Positions 37,901 to 47,501 of a stretch of DNA of 64,000 nt are shown here, one piece after another. The first letter of the stretch is position 1; every line of letters starts with the position of its first letter. Source of the stretch: a virus; the IMG/VR virus record IMGVR_UViG_3300021422_000208, positions 716 to 64,715 of that record. One strand, 5' to 3'. The notes beneath the pieces are model-generated. The model was not told the origin of the DNA. It did no database searches and saw nothing but the letters and a program-made list of their open reading frames with translations. Made by a program: the position numbers and the translations under genes.

Positions 37901-40900
37901 TACGTTAACAGCGTTGTGTCTAATATCGCCTTCACTGTTAGTACTACCCCAGGTGGATCGCAATTTTCATTAACATCAGCAACTGGGTATATGCGAGTGA
38001 TAGTTGGCCCATCAGTAACTGCCAATACTAATATTTTAACTATTGGTGCACTTGCTGTCACTGCTACTACTGCTGTGACAAATGTAATAACTGTTGCAAA
38101 TGCAAGCACACTGGCTATCGGACAAGCTATTGTATTCAATGGCAAATTGGGCAATTTGGTTACTGGTACTATATACTACGTATTGACCATACCATCTACT
38201 ACAACATTTACTGTATCTGCAATATCGGGTGGTTCGATCTATTCATTGGCGACTGCCACTGGTAATATCACTGTGTCGCAGTCAACTGGTGGGTTGTCGC
38301 TGAATCAGCCTATTATATTTGCGTCGGCGGCATTGCCATTGACGATTGGTAATACGACACATACAACTAATGTAGTTACTAGTGCAATAGTGGCAGTAAC
38401 TGCCACCACGACTGGTACTAATTTGATCACGGTAACTGATACCGGCACTTTAGTGGTAGATCAACCGGTTGTGTTTAGTGGATCATTGGGTAACTTAATT
38501 GGCGGAACTGTATATTATGTTCGAGGTATTTCAAATTTAACCAAGTTCACCGTGTCAACTGTGGTTTCTGGTACTGTATTTGAATTAGCGACTGCCACTG
38601 GTAGTATTAATGTTCAACATGCGACCAGCAGTTTAGCAATCAATCAGCCAGTTGTTTTTTCAGGTTCTACTTTTGGTAATATAGTTGCTGGTACTACGTA
38701 TTATGTTCAAAATTTGGTGTCAAGTACTTCGTTCAGCGTGTCAACTTCAATTAATGGAACTGTGTTCGTATTAGCAACTGCTAGTGGAACGATGTCGGTA
38801 AATTTATCAACTGTTGGCGGCATAATTGCTGGAACTACTTATTATGTTCAAAATATTACGAATGATACCTCTTTTAGTATATCCGCGACGTATGGTGGTG
38901 GACCATTTATTTTGACTAATTTTAATGGCCTGATGACCGCGAATGTAACTGCCGTTGTGCCTGTTATAACTATTTCGAATACTACTGTTACCGCCAATGT
39001 ATTAACGACTGCGTCAATAGCAGTGTCTGCGACTACTACTGGTACTAATTTAATTACTGCTACTAGTACGCTAACATTGGCGATAGGTCAGCCAGTGGTA
39101 TTCAGCGGGGCGTTAGGTGGACTGGTTGCTAATGTATCATACTATGTATTAACTATTAATAGTATAACGCAGTTTACCGTGTCGTCTACGTTTAATGGTG
39201 TGGTATATTCAATAACAACTGCCACTGGTAGTATTACCGTGTCACAGTCAACCGCAGCACTTGTAATAAATCAGCCATTATTTTTTACTGGAACGGGATT
39301 TGGTAATCTTGTTACTAGTACTACGTATTATGTACGATCGATTGTGTCATTGACACAGTTATCTGTGTCGCAGTCATTTGGTGGGTCAGTATTTATATTA
39401 ACGACTGCAACTGGTACTATGGCATTTGGTGGCCCAGCACAAACGATGGTTGCTAGTAATACTACAATTACTACCAATGTTATTACGTTATATGCTATTA
39501 CCGTTTCTGCAACAGCTGCTGGTACTAATATCATAACCTGTGCTAGTACTTATTTCATGTCAGTTAATATGCCAGTGGTATTCAATAGCACGTATGGTGG
39601 GATAACTAGTGGGGTAATTTATTATGTTCAGAGTATACCTAGTTCCTTAACATTTACTGTTTCAATGTTGCCAAACGGGCCACAGGCTATATTGAGCACT
39701 GCAGTAACTACATCTAGTGTTCAGCAAGCAACTACGAACTTATTACTTAATCAGTCAATTATATTTAGTGGTACCACGTTTGGTAATATCATTGCTGGCA
39801 CGACCTATTATGTATTAAATATTGTATCTAGTTCGACGTTTACAGTATCAACTGTGCCTGGTGGAAGTGTATTTGTATTGGCAACTGCGACTGGGTTAAT
39901 GCCATACTCCCCGATGTCCACTAGTGTGATTTCTATAAATTCGATTACTACTACACCTATTGCAATATCGAGTACATCCACTGTGACTAATCTAATCACT
40001 TGTATCAGTACTAGTACGTTGGTTATTGGGCAAGCTGTTGTTTTCAGTGGTAATTTGGGTAATTTATTGGGAAATACTATCTATTATGTATTGACTATTC
40101 CTAGTAGTACTATGTTCACTGTTTCTATTGCATTATATGGTACAGCGGTGTCATTAAGCTCTGCTAGTGGGGTTATTAATGTTCAACAATCAACCTCATC
40201 TTTAACGATAGGCCAGCCAATTATATTTTCCAGTACATTGGCTCCTGTTACTATAGCAAATGCTAGTAGTTCTGGTAATGTTATCACATTAGCTGCCGTG
40301 ACAGTTACTGCCACGACAATAAGTACTAATACAATTACTGCCAGCAGTACTGCTACTTTATTAGTTGGTCAGTCCGTCGTTTTTAGTGAATCATTGGGTA
40401 ATTTATTAGCAAATACTATATATTATGTTCAAACTATTGTGAATTCTACCCAATTTACGGTGTCGCTGCTATTAAATGGAGCAGTAGTTTCATTGGTAAC
40501 TGCGAGTGGTAGTGTTACTGTGACGCAATCAACTACTGGTTGGATAATTAATCAGCCGATTGTATTTACTGGAACGGGCTTTGGTAACATAGTTTCTGGT
40601 ACTACTTACTATATTAACAGTGTACTATCCAGAACAACGTTTGTTATCTCAGCTGGGTATAATGGTACAGCATTTGTATTAGGTACAAGTGGTGGTACGA
40701 TGACTGGCACTTTCGTCGCTTTTGGTGGATTGACGGTAAATTCTATATATTACATACAAAGTATACCAAGTCTCACCTCTATTATCGTTTCCAACATAAT
40801 AGCAGCGCCGAACAATGGTAATACAAATATAGTGGCATTGACTGCTGGGACTGGTTCACTTAATGCCACTGTCATATCACCGGTTCCATCATTGCCAATT

Positions 40901-43828
40901 TCGGCAACTACCGTGACGACTAATGTACTTACTACGTCACCTATTACGATTAGTGTCACGGCCATTGGTACAAATTTTATCACTTGTAATGCGACTGATG
41001 TATTGGTATATGGACAGCCGATCGTATTTACCGGTACGGCATTTGGTAATATCGTGGCTGGAACAATCTATTATGTATTAAACATCGTGAATAGTACTAC
41101 ATTTACAATGTCAACTACTTATGGTGGTGCTGTTTTTGCATTAGTGACGGCATCGGGTACCTTGACAATGAATCCATCTACTACTAACTTAGTAATTGGT
41201 CAACCAATTGTGGCATTTGGAGCAGTTTTTGGTAATGTTGGGTATTCAACTACTTATTATGTTAATTCGATAGTTAGTACTACTACCTTTACTGTGTCAG
41301 TGGCTCAGTCAATTGGATATTCTGGTACTGCATTGACGTTGGCAACATCGTCTGGTACTATGGTAATGGCTTATGGGCCGATCCAATTGTCATTGATATC
41401 TAACACTACTACTACCAGTAATTTATTAACTGTTCAGTCAACAATTGTTACATCTACCTCCTACTATGGTACAAATTTAATTGGTTGTTATAATACTTAT
41501 ATGTTAGCACTTGGTATGCCAGTTACGTTTGGTACTACTGCTAATGGGTTGGTCATTGGTACTATTTATTATATTGCCAGTGTACCATCTGCTACTACGT
41601 TTACCGTGTCAGCTGTGTTAGGCGGTCCAACATTATCGCTGACTTACGGTAGTAGTTTGTCGATATCAATGTATCAAGCAGTTACTAACTTGTGGATCAA
41701 TCAGGCTATTTCATTTTCAAGTAATGTTTCAGGCAGTACAGTCTTCGGTGGCATAGTTGCTGGCATGACATATTACGTTCAGAGTATACCATCATTGTAT
41801 ACCTTTACTGTGTCAACTCAGCCATTTGGTGCGGTTTATCCATTGGCGACAGCCGCATACAGTTCGTATCAAAAACCCATGAGTTACACAGTGGGTACAT
41901 TGCCTATCCAAGTATCAAATGTTTTTATTAATCAATCATTTCCGATAGTTGGTTCTTCGGCAGCTGGAAATATATTAACAGTTGGCAATTTATTAACTGC
42001 TGGTAATATTCCGATCGTAATTACTGCTGCATCTTCAACTACTAATATCTTGACGTGTACTTCGACCGCAACTTTATCAGTTGGCTTGCCGATTGTGTTT
42101 AGTTCTGGCTTTGCTGGATTGACAAATGGTATGACGTATTATATATTGTCTATTTTAAATAATACCCAATTTACTATTGCTAATAGTTGGGGTGGGCAGC
42201 AGGCCATTCTAAATGTGCAGGGAGTAACTTCTGGTAGTACTACAATGCTTACGATCACTGGGACTAATCAAATGTTTACCAATTCAATTACTACTACCGG
42301 TAATACTTATAATATATATACTGGATTACCAATTGTGTTTACTGGAACGTCATTTGATTCTGCGTTGGTTATCGGAGTTACTTATTATGTCTTACAAGTA
42401 ACGAGTGTAACTACATTTAGTGTGAGTGCTACATCCGGTGGCACTGTATTGACATTGACTGGTGCAACTGGTAATATGACTATGGTATCGGCTGCGCAAT
42501 TAACTAACATAGGTGTTACTATACAACCGTCAACGGCTAATTTAACGATTGGTATGCCAATGTATGCTACTGGTACCACATTTGGAAATATATTAGCGAA
42601 TGCCACGTATTATGTCAATACGATATTAAGTCCAACTACATTCACTGTTACTACTGCTCAATATTCTGCTGTTGCTTTTACATTAACTACCAATTTTGGT
42701 TACATGACACTTATGGCCAGTACTGGTCAAACTGGTACTGGTAGTACTGGTACTACCAGTTTAATTGCAGCAGCTCCAATTATTTTTACTGGAGCAACTA
42801 TTATTGTTACGAGTTGTAATGGAACGTTGTTGACTACTACTGGAAACACCGGTGTATTAGTCATTAACCAAGCATTGATGTTTACCGGCTATACTATTGG
42901 CGGTATCCAACCCGATGTATATTATTATGTACAAAGTATTCCTTCATTTAATACATTTACACTTAGTGCGACCGTTGGTGGGGTGGCTATTAGTTGGGGA
43001 ACTACTTCTAACATAATGACAGCGCAAGTTGTGACTAGTGATAGTACGGCTATTTTACCGTACAATGTATATTATGTACAATCAGTTCAGAGTCCATATA
43101 CATTTAGTATCACCCCAGTCATTGGTGGTGCCGCAACTACTGTGTCAACAGTGAATGGGGCAGTTATAATACAAAGTAATATTTGTACATTATCAACTGG
43201 CGGTTCAACTGCATATTTAGCGGCAAACCAATTAGTGACATTTACCGGGGTGGGTTTTGGAAATCTTCAAACATTTCCAGTGACTAATTTGCCATTTATC
43301 GTAACGAATACGACAATCACTTCCAACTATGTGACAGTGTCAAATACTGCTACGTTATTGGTCAATCAACCTGTCGTGTTTTTGGGTACGACGTGGGGTG
43401 GATTAACCGCTTTTCAGACATATTATGTTTTGGCAGTAGCGAGTAACACTCAATTTACTGTTAGTTTGACGCCTGGTGGGACTGCAGTGGTACTAGCCAC
43501 GATTGCTGCTGCGGCTGCGACCCCTTCATTTTTCATGGTGTCGGCTTATTATGTTAAAGCAGTTGTTAGTAATAATCAATTTGTGTTGAGTTCAACGCCA
43601 GGTGGTAATATTCAGCAGTTAACTTCCGCATATGCAATAGGCGGTAATGTTTTACTGGCAAATGGTCAACCAGTCTTTACTGATTTCTTAGAATATGATG
43701 CGTTAATTGCCGGTACTGGGGTATTAGAGCGAACCGGCATTATCGTGCCGCCTAATACATATCTATATGCTTCTAGCAATATTTCACAAGTTACCGCATT
43801 GGCAATTGGTATTCAGGAGGGCGTGTAA
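34994..43828 (+). CDS. Giant 2944-aa T/S/V/G-rich repeat fibre (~34 repeat domains)
   Basis: Recurring xQPxVFxGxxGNxxxGxxYYVxxxxSxTxFxVS units; very few charged residues; late promoter at 34960 and AGGAG RBS. Confidence 0.85.
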   Translation: MTTAAKYGAQDLNGNPFSYQQIVAPVSSNNIVVNATFANRNGADAKVRLAETSVPLVSQSVASTQGLFPFAATASANSMIIPTAQALTVTDTSFGSNLITTASYAVFSTMVNTNIITCVATKSFNLGEPVVFVGSLGNLISGNIYYVLTINSATTFTVSTSLGGIPFALTTATGTILVQETVTNLVINEPIMFSGTGFGGITSGLSYYVLTITDMTSFTISTFPSGPPVSMFTATGNLSVGYNPMVSTLNLSSTAVGTNVKTLQTLTISTADVGTNVFTSASIAVTATTLSTNLITSASTATLTVGQPVVFTGSLGNLVSGTLYYVRSVISSTQFTVSSIIGGVAVILTTASGNIVVQQSTTTLAVNQPIVFNGTAFGGVVSGVNYYISAISSNTTFKVSSVPGGSVFQLYTASGNMVLGTASLPATLSIVNTAATAMLGTVAVTATTTGTNLITAATTSSLAIGQPIVFSSAIGNLLVGTTYYVLAIPTLTTFSVSAYVSGLAFPLSDAIGNVTLSTQQSLNIASATTGSNQLTTAVVQTTNTTVTTNLITVVSTAGFYVGMPVVFAGTVFGNIVANQLYYILTVNSSTTFAVSININGPVLVLSTASGSLLTVQQSTTDVGVNQPVVFSSSTPAQTYNIANTTTGTNVVTTRAIPITATTTGTNVITATDTTSLFIGQPVVFNGSLGNLIGSTIYYVQSIPTSTQFTVSATFSGVVFALDTAAGSINYQEATTNLIVNELVTFSGSVYGNLIAGTNYYIQSVVSNTSFTVSSTVNGSITSLATATGVMVASVTIPTYSLTLGNTTVGTNVITNSIVAVTATAVATNLVTMSSTATLTVGQPIVFNGTAFGNIVAGTIYYIQAIPSSTTLVISATLNGEIFVLSTASGTMSVSGATTGLVLNQPIVFAGTTFGNIIAGAIYYIQSVPTAQTFTVSIMPGGSAFALVTATGTMTSSMPIFGGVSANITYYVNSVVSNIAFTVSTTPGGSQFSLTSATGYMRVIVGPSVTANTNILTIGALAVTATTAVTNVITVANASTLAIGQAIVFNGKLGNLVTGTIYYVLTIPSTTTFTVSAISGGSIYSLATATGNITVSQSTGGLSLNQPIIFASAALPLTIGNTTHTTNVVTSAIVAVTATTTGTNLITVTDTGTLVVDQPVVFSGSLGNLIGGTVYYVRGISNLTKFTVSTVVSGTVFELATATGSINVQHATSSLAINQPVVFSGSTFGNIVAGTTYYVQNLVSSTSFSVSTSINGTVFVLATASGTMSVNLSTVGGIIAGTTYYVQNITNDTSFSISATYGGGPFILTNFNGLMTANVTAVVPVITISNTTVTANVLTTASIAVSATTTGTNLITATSTLTLAIGQPVVFSGALGGLVANVSYYVLTINSITQFTVSSTFNGVVYSITTATGSITVSQSTAALVINQPLFFTGTGFGNLVTSTTYYVRSIVSLTQLSVSQSFGGSVFILTTATGTMAFGGPAQTMVASNTTITTNVITLYAITVSATAAGTNIITCASTYFMSVNMPVVFNSTYGGITSGVIYYVQSIPSSLTFTVSMLPNGPQAILSTAVTTSSVQQATTNLLLNQSIIFSGTTFGNIIAGTTYYVLNIVSSSTFTVSTVPGGSVFVLATATGLMPYSPMSTSVISINSITTTPIAISSTSTVTNLITCISTSTLVIGQAVVFSGNLGNLLGNTIYYVLTIPSSTMFTVSIALYGTAVSLSSASGVINVQQSTSSLTIGQPIIFSSTLAPVTIANASSSGNVITLAAVTVTATTISTNTITASSTATLLVGQSVVFSESLGNLLANTIYYVQTIVNSTQFTVSLLLNGAVVSLVTASGSVTVTQSTTGWIINQPIVFTGTGFGNIVSGTTYYINSVLSRTTFVISAGYNGTAFVLGTSGGTMTGTFVAFGGLTVNSIYYIQSIPSLTSIIVSNIIAAPNNGNTNIVALTAGTGSLNATVISPVPSLPISATTVTTNVLTTSPITISVTAIGTNFITCNATDVLVYGQPIVFTGTAFGNIVAGTIYYVLNIVNSTTFTMSTTYGGAVFALVTASGTLTMNPSTTNLVIGQPIVAFGAVFGNVGYSTTYYVNSIVSTTTFTVSVAQSIGYSGTALTLATSSGTMVMAYGPIQLSLISNTTTTSNLLTVQSTIVTSTSYYGTNLIGCYNTYMLALGMPVTFGTTANGLVIGTIYYIASVPSATTFTVSAVLGGPTLSLTYGSSLSISMYQAVTNLWINQAISFSSNVSGSTVFGGIVAGMTYYVQSIPSLYTFTVSTQPFGAVYPLATAAYSSYQKPMSYTVGTLPIQVSNVFINQSFPIVGSSAAGNILTVGNLLTAGNIPIVITAASSTTNILTCTSTATLSVGLPIVFSSGFAGLTNGMTYYILSILNNTQFTIANSWGGQQAILNVQGVTSGSTTMLTITGTNQMFTNSITTTGNTYNIYTGLPIVFTGTSFDSALVIGVTYYVLQVTSVTTFSVSATSGGTVLTLTGATGNMTMVSAAQLTNIGVTIQPSTANLTIGMPMYATGTTFGNILANATYYVNTILSPTTFTVTTAQYSAVAFTLTTNFGYMTLMASTGQTGTGSTGTTSLIAAAPIIFTGATIIVTSCNGTLLTTTGNTGVLVINQALMFTGYTIGGIQPDVYYYVQSIPSFNTFTLSATVGGVAISWGTTSNIMTAQVVTSDSTAILPYNVYYVQSVQSPYTFSITPVIGGAATTVSTVNGAVIIQSNICTLSTGGSTAYLAANQLVTFTGVGFGNLQTFPVTNLPFIVTNTTITSNYVTVSNTATLLVNQPVVFLGTTWGGLTAFQTYYVLAVASNTQFTVSLTPGGTAVVLATIAAAAATPSFFMVSAYYVKAVVSNNQFVLSSTPGGNIQQLTSAYAIGGNVLLANGQPVFTDFLEYDALIAGTGVLERTGIIVPPNTYLYASSNISQVTALAIGIQEGV

Positions 43829-43829
43829 C

Positions 43830-44594
43830 ATGGCTCGGTATCAACAACTGCCGGATAGAATAGATACTTTCTGTTCTTATATACCGGATCAAGCAATGTG
43901 CATGAGTTATGGTATGACACAGGATTGCTGTGTCATACCAGCAAATGGCAAATGTCAGGCAAATATCACTACTGCGTGTGCGTGGACAGTGCCGCCAGGT
44001 GTGTCGTCGATATTTGTTGAATTATGGGGACCAGGTGGCGGTGGTGGTGGCGGCGGTTCTGGTGCTACTTGCGTATCTGGTACCGGCGGCAGTAGTGGTG
44101 GTTATTCTGCAGCTACTATTCCAACTGCGCCAGGGTGTGTTTATACGGTGTGTGCCGGTATTGGCGGCTGTTATGGATGCTGCGGCACTGCTGGCACAGC
44201 CGGAACTACCGCCTACATGTCTGGCTATAATACTAGTACATTTTTATGCGCGGCAGGAGGAACGCCTGGGTGTTCAGTAACGCCGCAAGGATCAATTGGG
44301 CTTAATACGTTAACAACTCCATCGGCGGTTAGTACCAATTGGTTGGGATACAGTAATAATTATATAGTAACTGGGGGACAAGGTGGTAATGTTATTAACG
44401 CAAGTAGTTGCGCATTAATGTCTAATAGAGGTGGATCATCATCATTTAATGGTGGTATTGGTGGGTATTTTTTCTTATCTGCTACCGCAGATGGTGGTGG
44501 TTTCCCAGGTGGTGGTGGTTCAGCAGCCTGTACAACTACTACCGCTAGTTGCGGCGCATGTGGCGGTAGCGGGTTAGTCAGGATATGGTATTGA
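43830..44594 (+). CDS. Gly/Cys-rich adhesin-like protein 1
   Basis: Start moved to MARYQQ; WTVPPGVSSIFVELWGPGGGGG...FPGGGG...GLVRIWY. Confidence 0.7.
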   Translation: MARYQQLPDRIDTFCSYIPDQAMCMSYGMTQDCCVIPANGKCQANITTACAWTVPPGVSSIFVELWGPGGGGGGGGSGATCVSGTGGSSGGYSAATIPTAPGCVYTVCAGIGGCYGCCGTAGTAGTTAYMSGYNTSTFLCAAGGTPGCSVTPQGSIGLNTLTTPSAVSTNWLGYSNNYIVTGGQGGNVINASSCALMSNRGGSSSFNGGIGGYFFLSATADGGGFPGGGGSAACTTTTASCGACGGSGLVRIWY

Positions 44595-44603
44595 GGAATA
44601 ATT

Positions 44604-45437
44604 ATGGGAAGATATAATACACAAGTGGTTTATACTGATGGTACCGCACATACTCAGTGGACCTGTCAACAAACTAGTTTACAAACGCAAGGAACATGTG
44701 TTCTTCAGCTTACGGGTGGGTTAGGAGGTACTGGCACATGTGGGCCAGGATCTGGCGTATCCTGTCAATGGAATGTTCCAGCTGGTGTGTCATCAGTTGT
44801 CATTGAAATATGGGGTGGCGGTGGCGGTGGCGGTTCGGCAGTTATGTGCCAATGCGATACGATTGGTAATGGTGGCGGTGGCGGCGCGTATGCTAGGAAA
44901 ACATTGGCCGTTACTGCTGGCACATGTTACACCATATGTGTTGGTGCCGGAGGTGCCGGAGGTGGCTTAGGTACATTATTAAGTAATGCTACGAGTGCGA
45001 CGTGTTGTTGTGGTGCAAGTGGTGGTACTACTTATATTACTGGTACTGGACTAGCTAATTTATGTGCCGAAGGTGGGTATGGTGGGGAATCACGGATATC
45101 TAGTATGACGACAGTTTCACCAAATGGTGGATGGGCAGGTACTGGTGGCGATGTTAATGTCAGGGGGTCTGATGGTGGCTCTTATAACGATACCTATTTG
45201 AATAGGTATACATGGGGTGGCAGTTCACCATTTGGTGGCAGAAATATATATCTAGCATATGATTGTGCTAGTAAATATCAAGATTTATGCTGCACTGGCC
45301 GAGCAGGTGGTATTTGTGGCTATTATGGAGTATTTCCAGGCGGTGGCGGGACAGGCGGGTTTGCAAGTTGCTGCTGTATTGGGATAGCACCATGCGGTGG
45401 CAATGGTGCACCTGGCGCAATAAGAATTTGGATGTAA
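44604..45437 (+). CDS. Gly/Cys-rich adhesin-like protein 2
   Basis: WNVPAGVSSVVIEIWGGGGGGG...FPGGGG...GAIRIWM. Confidence 0.7.
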   Translation: MGRYNTQVVYTDGTAHTQWTCQQTSLQTQGTCVLQLTGGLGGTGTCGPGSGVSCQWNVPAGVSSVVIEIWGGGGGGGSAVMCQCDTIGNGGGGGAYARKTLAVTAGTCYTICVGAGGAGGGLGTLLSNATSATCCCGASGGTTYITGTGLANLCAEGGYGGESRISSMTTVSPNGGWAGTGGDVNVRGSDGGSYNDTYLNRYTWGGSSPFGGRNIYLAYDCASKYQDLCCTGRAGGICGYYGVFPGGGGTGGFASCCCIGIAPCGGNGAPGAIRIWM

Positions 45438-45443
45438 GGACAC

Positions 45444-46079
45444 ATGATGAATAATTTAGAATTGAATATACCCAGTGATGAAGCTGAGCAGCTTGAGCTG
45501 GAAAATGAACAGTTATATAAGATAATATGGTTTGCTGATAGCCCAAATCCAGGATATATTGAACCTGTGACATTTAAAAAATCAGAATTGCCAGTGCATA
45601 ATCGAGCAGAAGTACTCGGTATGTATCGAGATTACGTCGAAGTATTGCCGGGATCTAATCTATGGCATTTGTGCGTTGATGGGTCATTGGTGGATCAAAC
45701 GCATGAGTTGTGGGACATGAAAGTCATTGGATGGGATTGGGACAAACAAGAAGTGATAGTTGAGCCATTGCCGCCTATTACGTGGGATGATATTAAACTT
45801 CGCCGAAATGGAATGTTGGCCATAAGTGATACTATGTTTAATTTTGACACCCCAGATCCGCTGAAAACACAATGGCTGGAATATCGTCAATTATTGCGTG
45901 ATTTACCAGCTAGAGAAAGTGCGGCAGGAAATACGCCAACTACGGTCTTTTGGAATGATTATATACCGCCATATCCAGTGAGTGCACGAGCAGGTATTGC
46001 GATTGCTGATGCTAAGAAATGTGTGTGGTATACGGCAGAACCAATTGCTAGTAAAACTAGTAAAAATAAATTGAATTAA
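45444..46079 (+). CDS. Tail fibre assembly chaperone-like protein
   Basis: WDDIKLRRNGML..SD..D.P..W..YRQLLRDLP motif. Confidence 0.7.
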   Translation: MMNNLELNIPSDEAEQLELENEQLYKIIWFADSPNPGYIEPVTFKKSELPVHNRAEVLGMYRDYVEVLPGSNLWHLCVDGSLVDQTHELWDMKVIGWDWDKQEVIVEPLPPITWDDIKLRRNGMLAISDTMFNFDTPDPLKTQWLEYRQLLRDLPARESAAGNTPTTVFWNDYIPPYPVSARAGIAIADAKKCVWYTAEPIASKTSKNKLN

Positions 46080-46089
46080 AGGAATTAAT

Positions 46090-47109
46090 ATGGCTTATCA
46101 AATTTGCATCGTTAAACGGTCTGCCTGTTGTGCTATGCCATTTCAATGCTGTAATTTATCTGGTGGTAGTGTTTGCACTACTGTACCACAATGTATGCGG
46201 TCATTGGAGATATATGGATGTACTCCAAATTTGACACAGGGTGAATTTAACGACCGCTGTGTTCAGGGCGTATATGTGCCATCTGGTTCGTGTTGTGCAT
46301 GGACGGTACCCGCTGGTGTATGTAGTATCACAGTTGAATTGTGGGGAGCTGGTGCAGGTGGCGGTAGTGGATCATCAACGGTCATTACAAATCCAAGTCG
46401 CGGTGGTGGTGGTGGTACATATGTAAAACGTACAATTCCAGTACTACCGGATGATTTAATAACATTGTGCGCTGGCGCTGGTGGAGTGATGGGTCAGAGT
46501 GGTGGTTCATCAAACAATTACGTTGGGTGGTCATGTGCGACTCCGCAAGGTAGCTGTTCTTATGTAAAACGAAATGGTAATTTTTGTATAGATGCAGGTG
46601 GTGGCAGTGCTGCTACATTTACTACCCCACTTGCGTCACCTGGATGCGGCACTTCTACGATCACCGGTGACAGTGGCTTAGCATATGGACAAACCAATTA
46701 TTCGGTTGATCTACGAGCTAAGCCGACCGTGACTTTTGCAAATTGCAGTTCCAACCTTGTGAACAATCAGCATAATTCATCAGGTGGCACAGCGTTCGGT
46801 GGTGATCGGACTATGTGGGGCACTGTTTTAAATTGCGGCCAATATTTAAAATGGAATACTACTTGTCGAAATTCTGATGGGGTATATGGACCAGGTGGTG
46901 GTTCATGCAGTAATAGCACTGCGTATAACGTTGGTATGAATTATAGTTGTTCGACTAATGCTAGTAATTTATTGTGTGAACGTGGAAAAGCAGCGCCGCC
47001 TGGTAATTTCCCAGGGGGTGGCGGTGGCGGTGGTACTGCTACCTGCTGCACTGGCTTGGCAACGGCTGGTGGCAATGGCGCCCCAGGGTATATACGGGTG
47101 TATTACTGA
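46090..47109 (+). CDS. Gly/Cys-rich adhesin-like protein 3
   Basis: WTVPAGVCSITVELWGAGAGGG...FPGGGGGGG...GYIRVYY; about 25 Cys. Confidence 0.7.
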   Translation: MAYQICIVKRSACCAMPFQCCNLSGGSVCTTVPQCMRSLEIYGCTPNLTQGEFNDRCVQGVYVPSGSCCAWTVPAGVCSITVELWGAGAGGGSGSSTVITNPSRGGGGGTYVKRTIPVLPDDLITLCAGAGGVMGQSGGSSNNYVGWSCATPQGSCSYVKRNGNFCIDAGGGSAATFTTPLASPGCGTSTITGDSGLAYGQTNYSVDLRAKPTVTFANCSSNLVNNQHNSSGGTAFGGDRTMWGTVLNCGQYLKWNTTCRNSDGVYGPGGGSCSNSTAYNVGMNYSCSTNASNLLCERGKAAPPGNFPGGGGGGGTATCCTGLATAGGNGAPGYIRVYY

Positions 47110-47375
47110 TGACTATAGGAAATGAAAAACCACTGGCTGTGACATGGATTGATGTGCGTAATCACCGAGATGAATTATTACTTCAGGCTGAAACATTCTA
47201 CAATTTTGATAGTCCGGCAAGTATGCGACTATTATGGACTGATTACAAGCAATTGCTTAGGGATATTCCAAGTGTAAATAGTGAACTTAGTGACTTGCGG
47301 TTAATACAATGGCCGCAGTTGCCAACTGAGCATTTGCAATTATTATATCTATCTAGGTTAGCGCCAAATAGTTAG
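47109..47375 (+). CDS. Tail fibre assembly chaperone-like protein (short)
   Basis: WIDVRNHRDELL..FDSP..W.DYKQLLRDIP; TGATG overlap with the preceding stop. Confidence 0.7.
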   Translation: MTIGNEKPLAVTWIDVRNHRDELLLQAETFYNFDSPASMRLLWTDYKQLLRDIPSVNSELSDLRLIQWPQLPTEHLQLLYLSRLAPNS

Positions 47376-47383
47376 CTGTCAAC

Positions 47384-47414
47384 ATAGGGAACTATTATTA
47401 AAATAGTTCCCTAT
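47384..47414. terminator. Hairpin at the end of the fibre operon
   Basis: ATAGGGAACTATT / AATAGTTCCCTAT, 13-bp arms. Confidence 0.65.
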
Positions 47415-47457
47415 CTATCATAAAATATCATAAAATAAACTACCTTAATTTTAGTCC

Positions 47458-47465
47458 TATAAATA
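47458..47465 (+). promoter_or_regulatory. Late promoter TATAAATA
   Basis: Exact consensus upstream of the glycosyltransferase cassette. Confidence 0.7.
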
Positions 47466-47501
47466 GATTTATAATCATAAACACTTATAGGACTAAAATT
47501 T

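Noticed and set aside
1134-45890. The many 60-140-aa ORFs antisense to or out of frame within long genes (e.g. 1134-1406, 1796-2302, 5025-5990, 13152-13520, 22818-23498, 35614-42606)
   Set aside because: They are shadow frames of biased-codon genes, with no RBS or recognisable motifs.
43830-47109. Diversity-generating retroelement targets
   Set aside because: No reverse transcriptase and no template/variable repeat pair differing at adenines was seen in the window.
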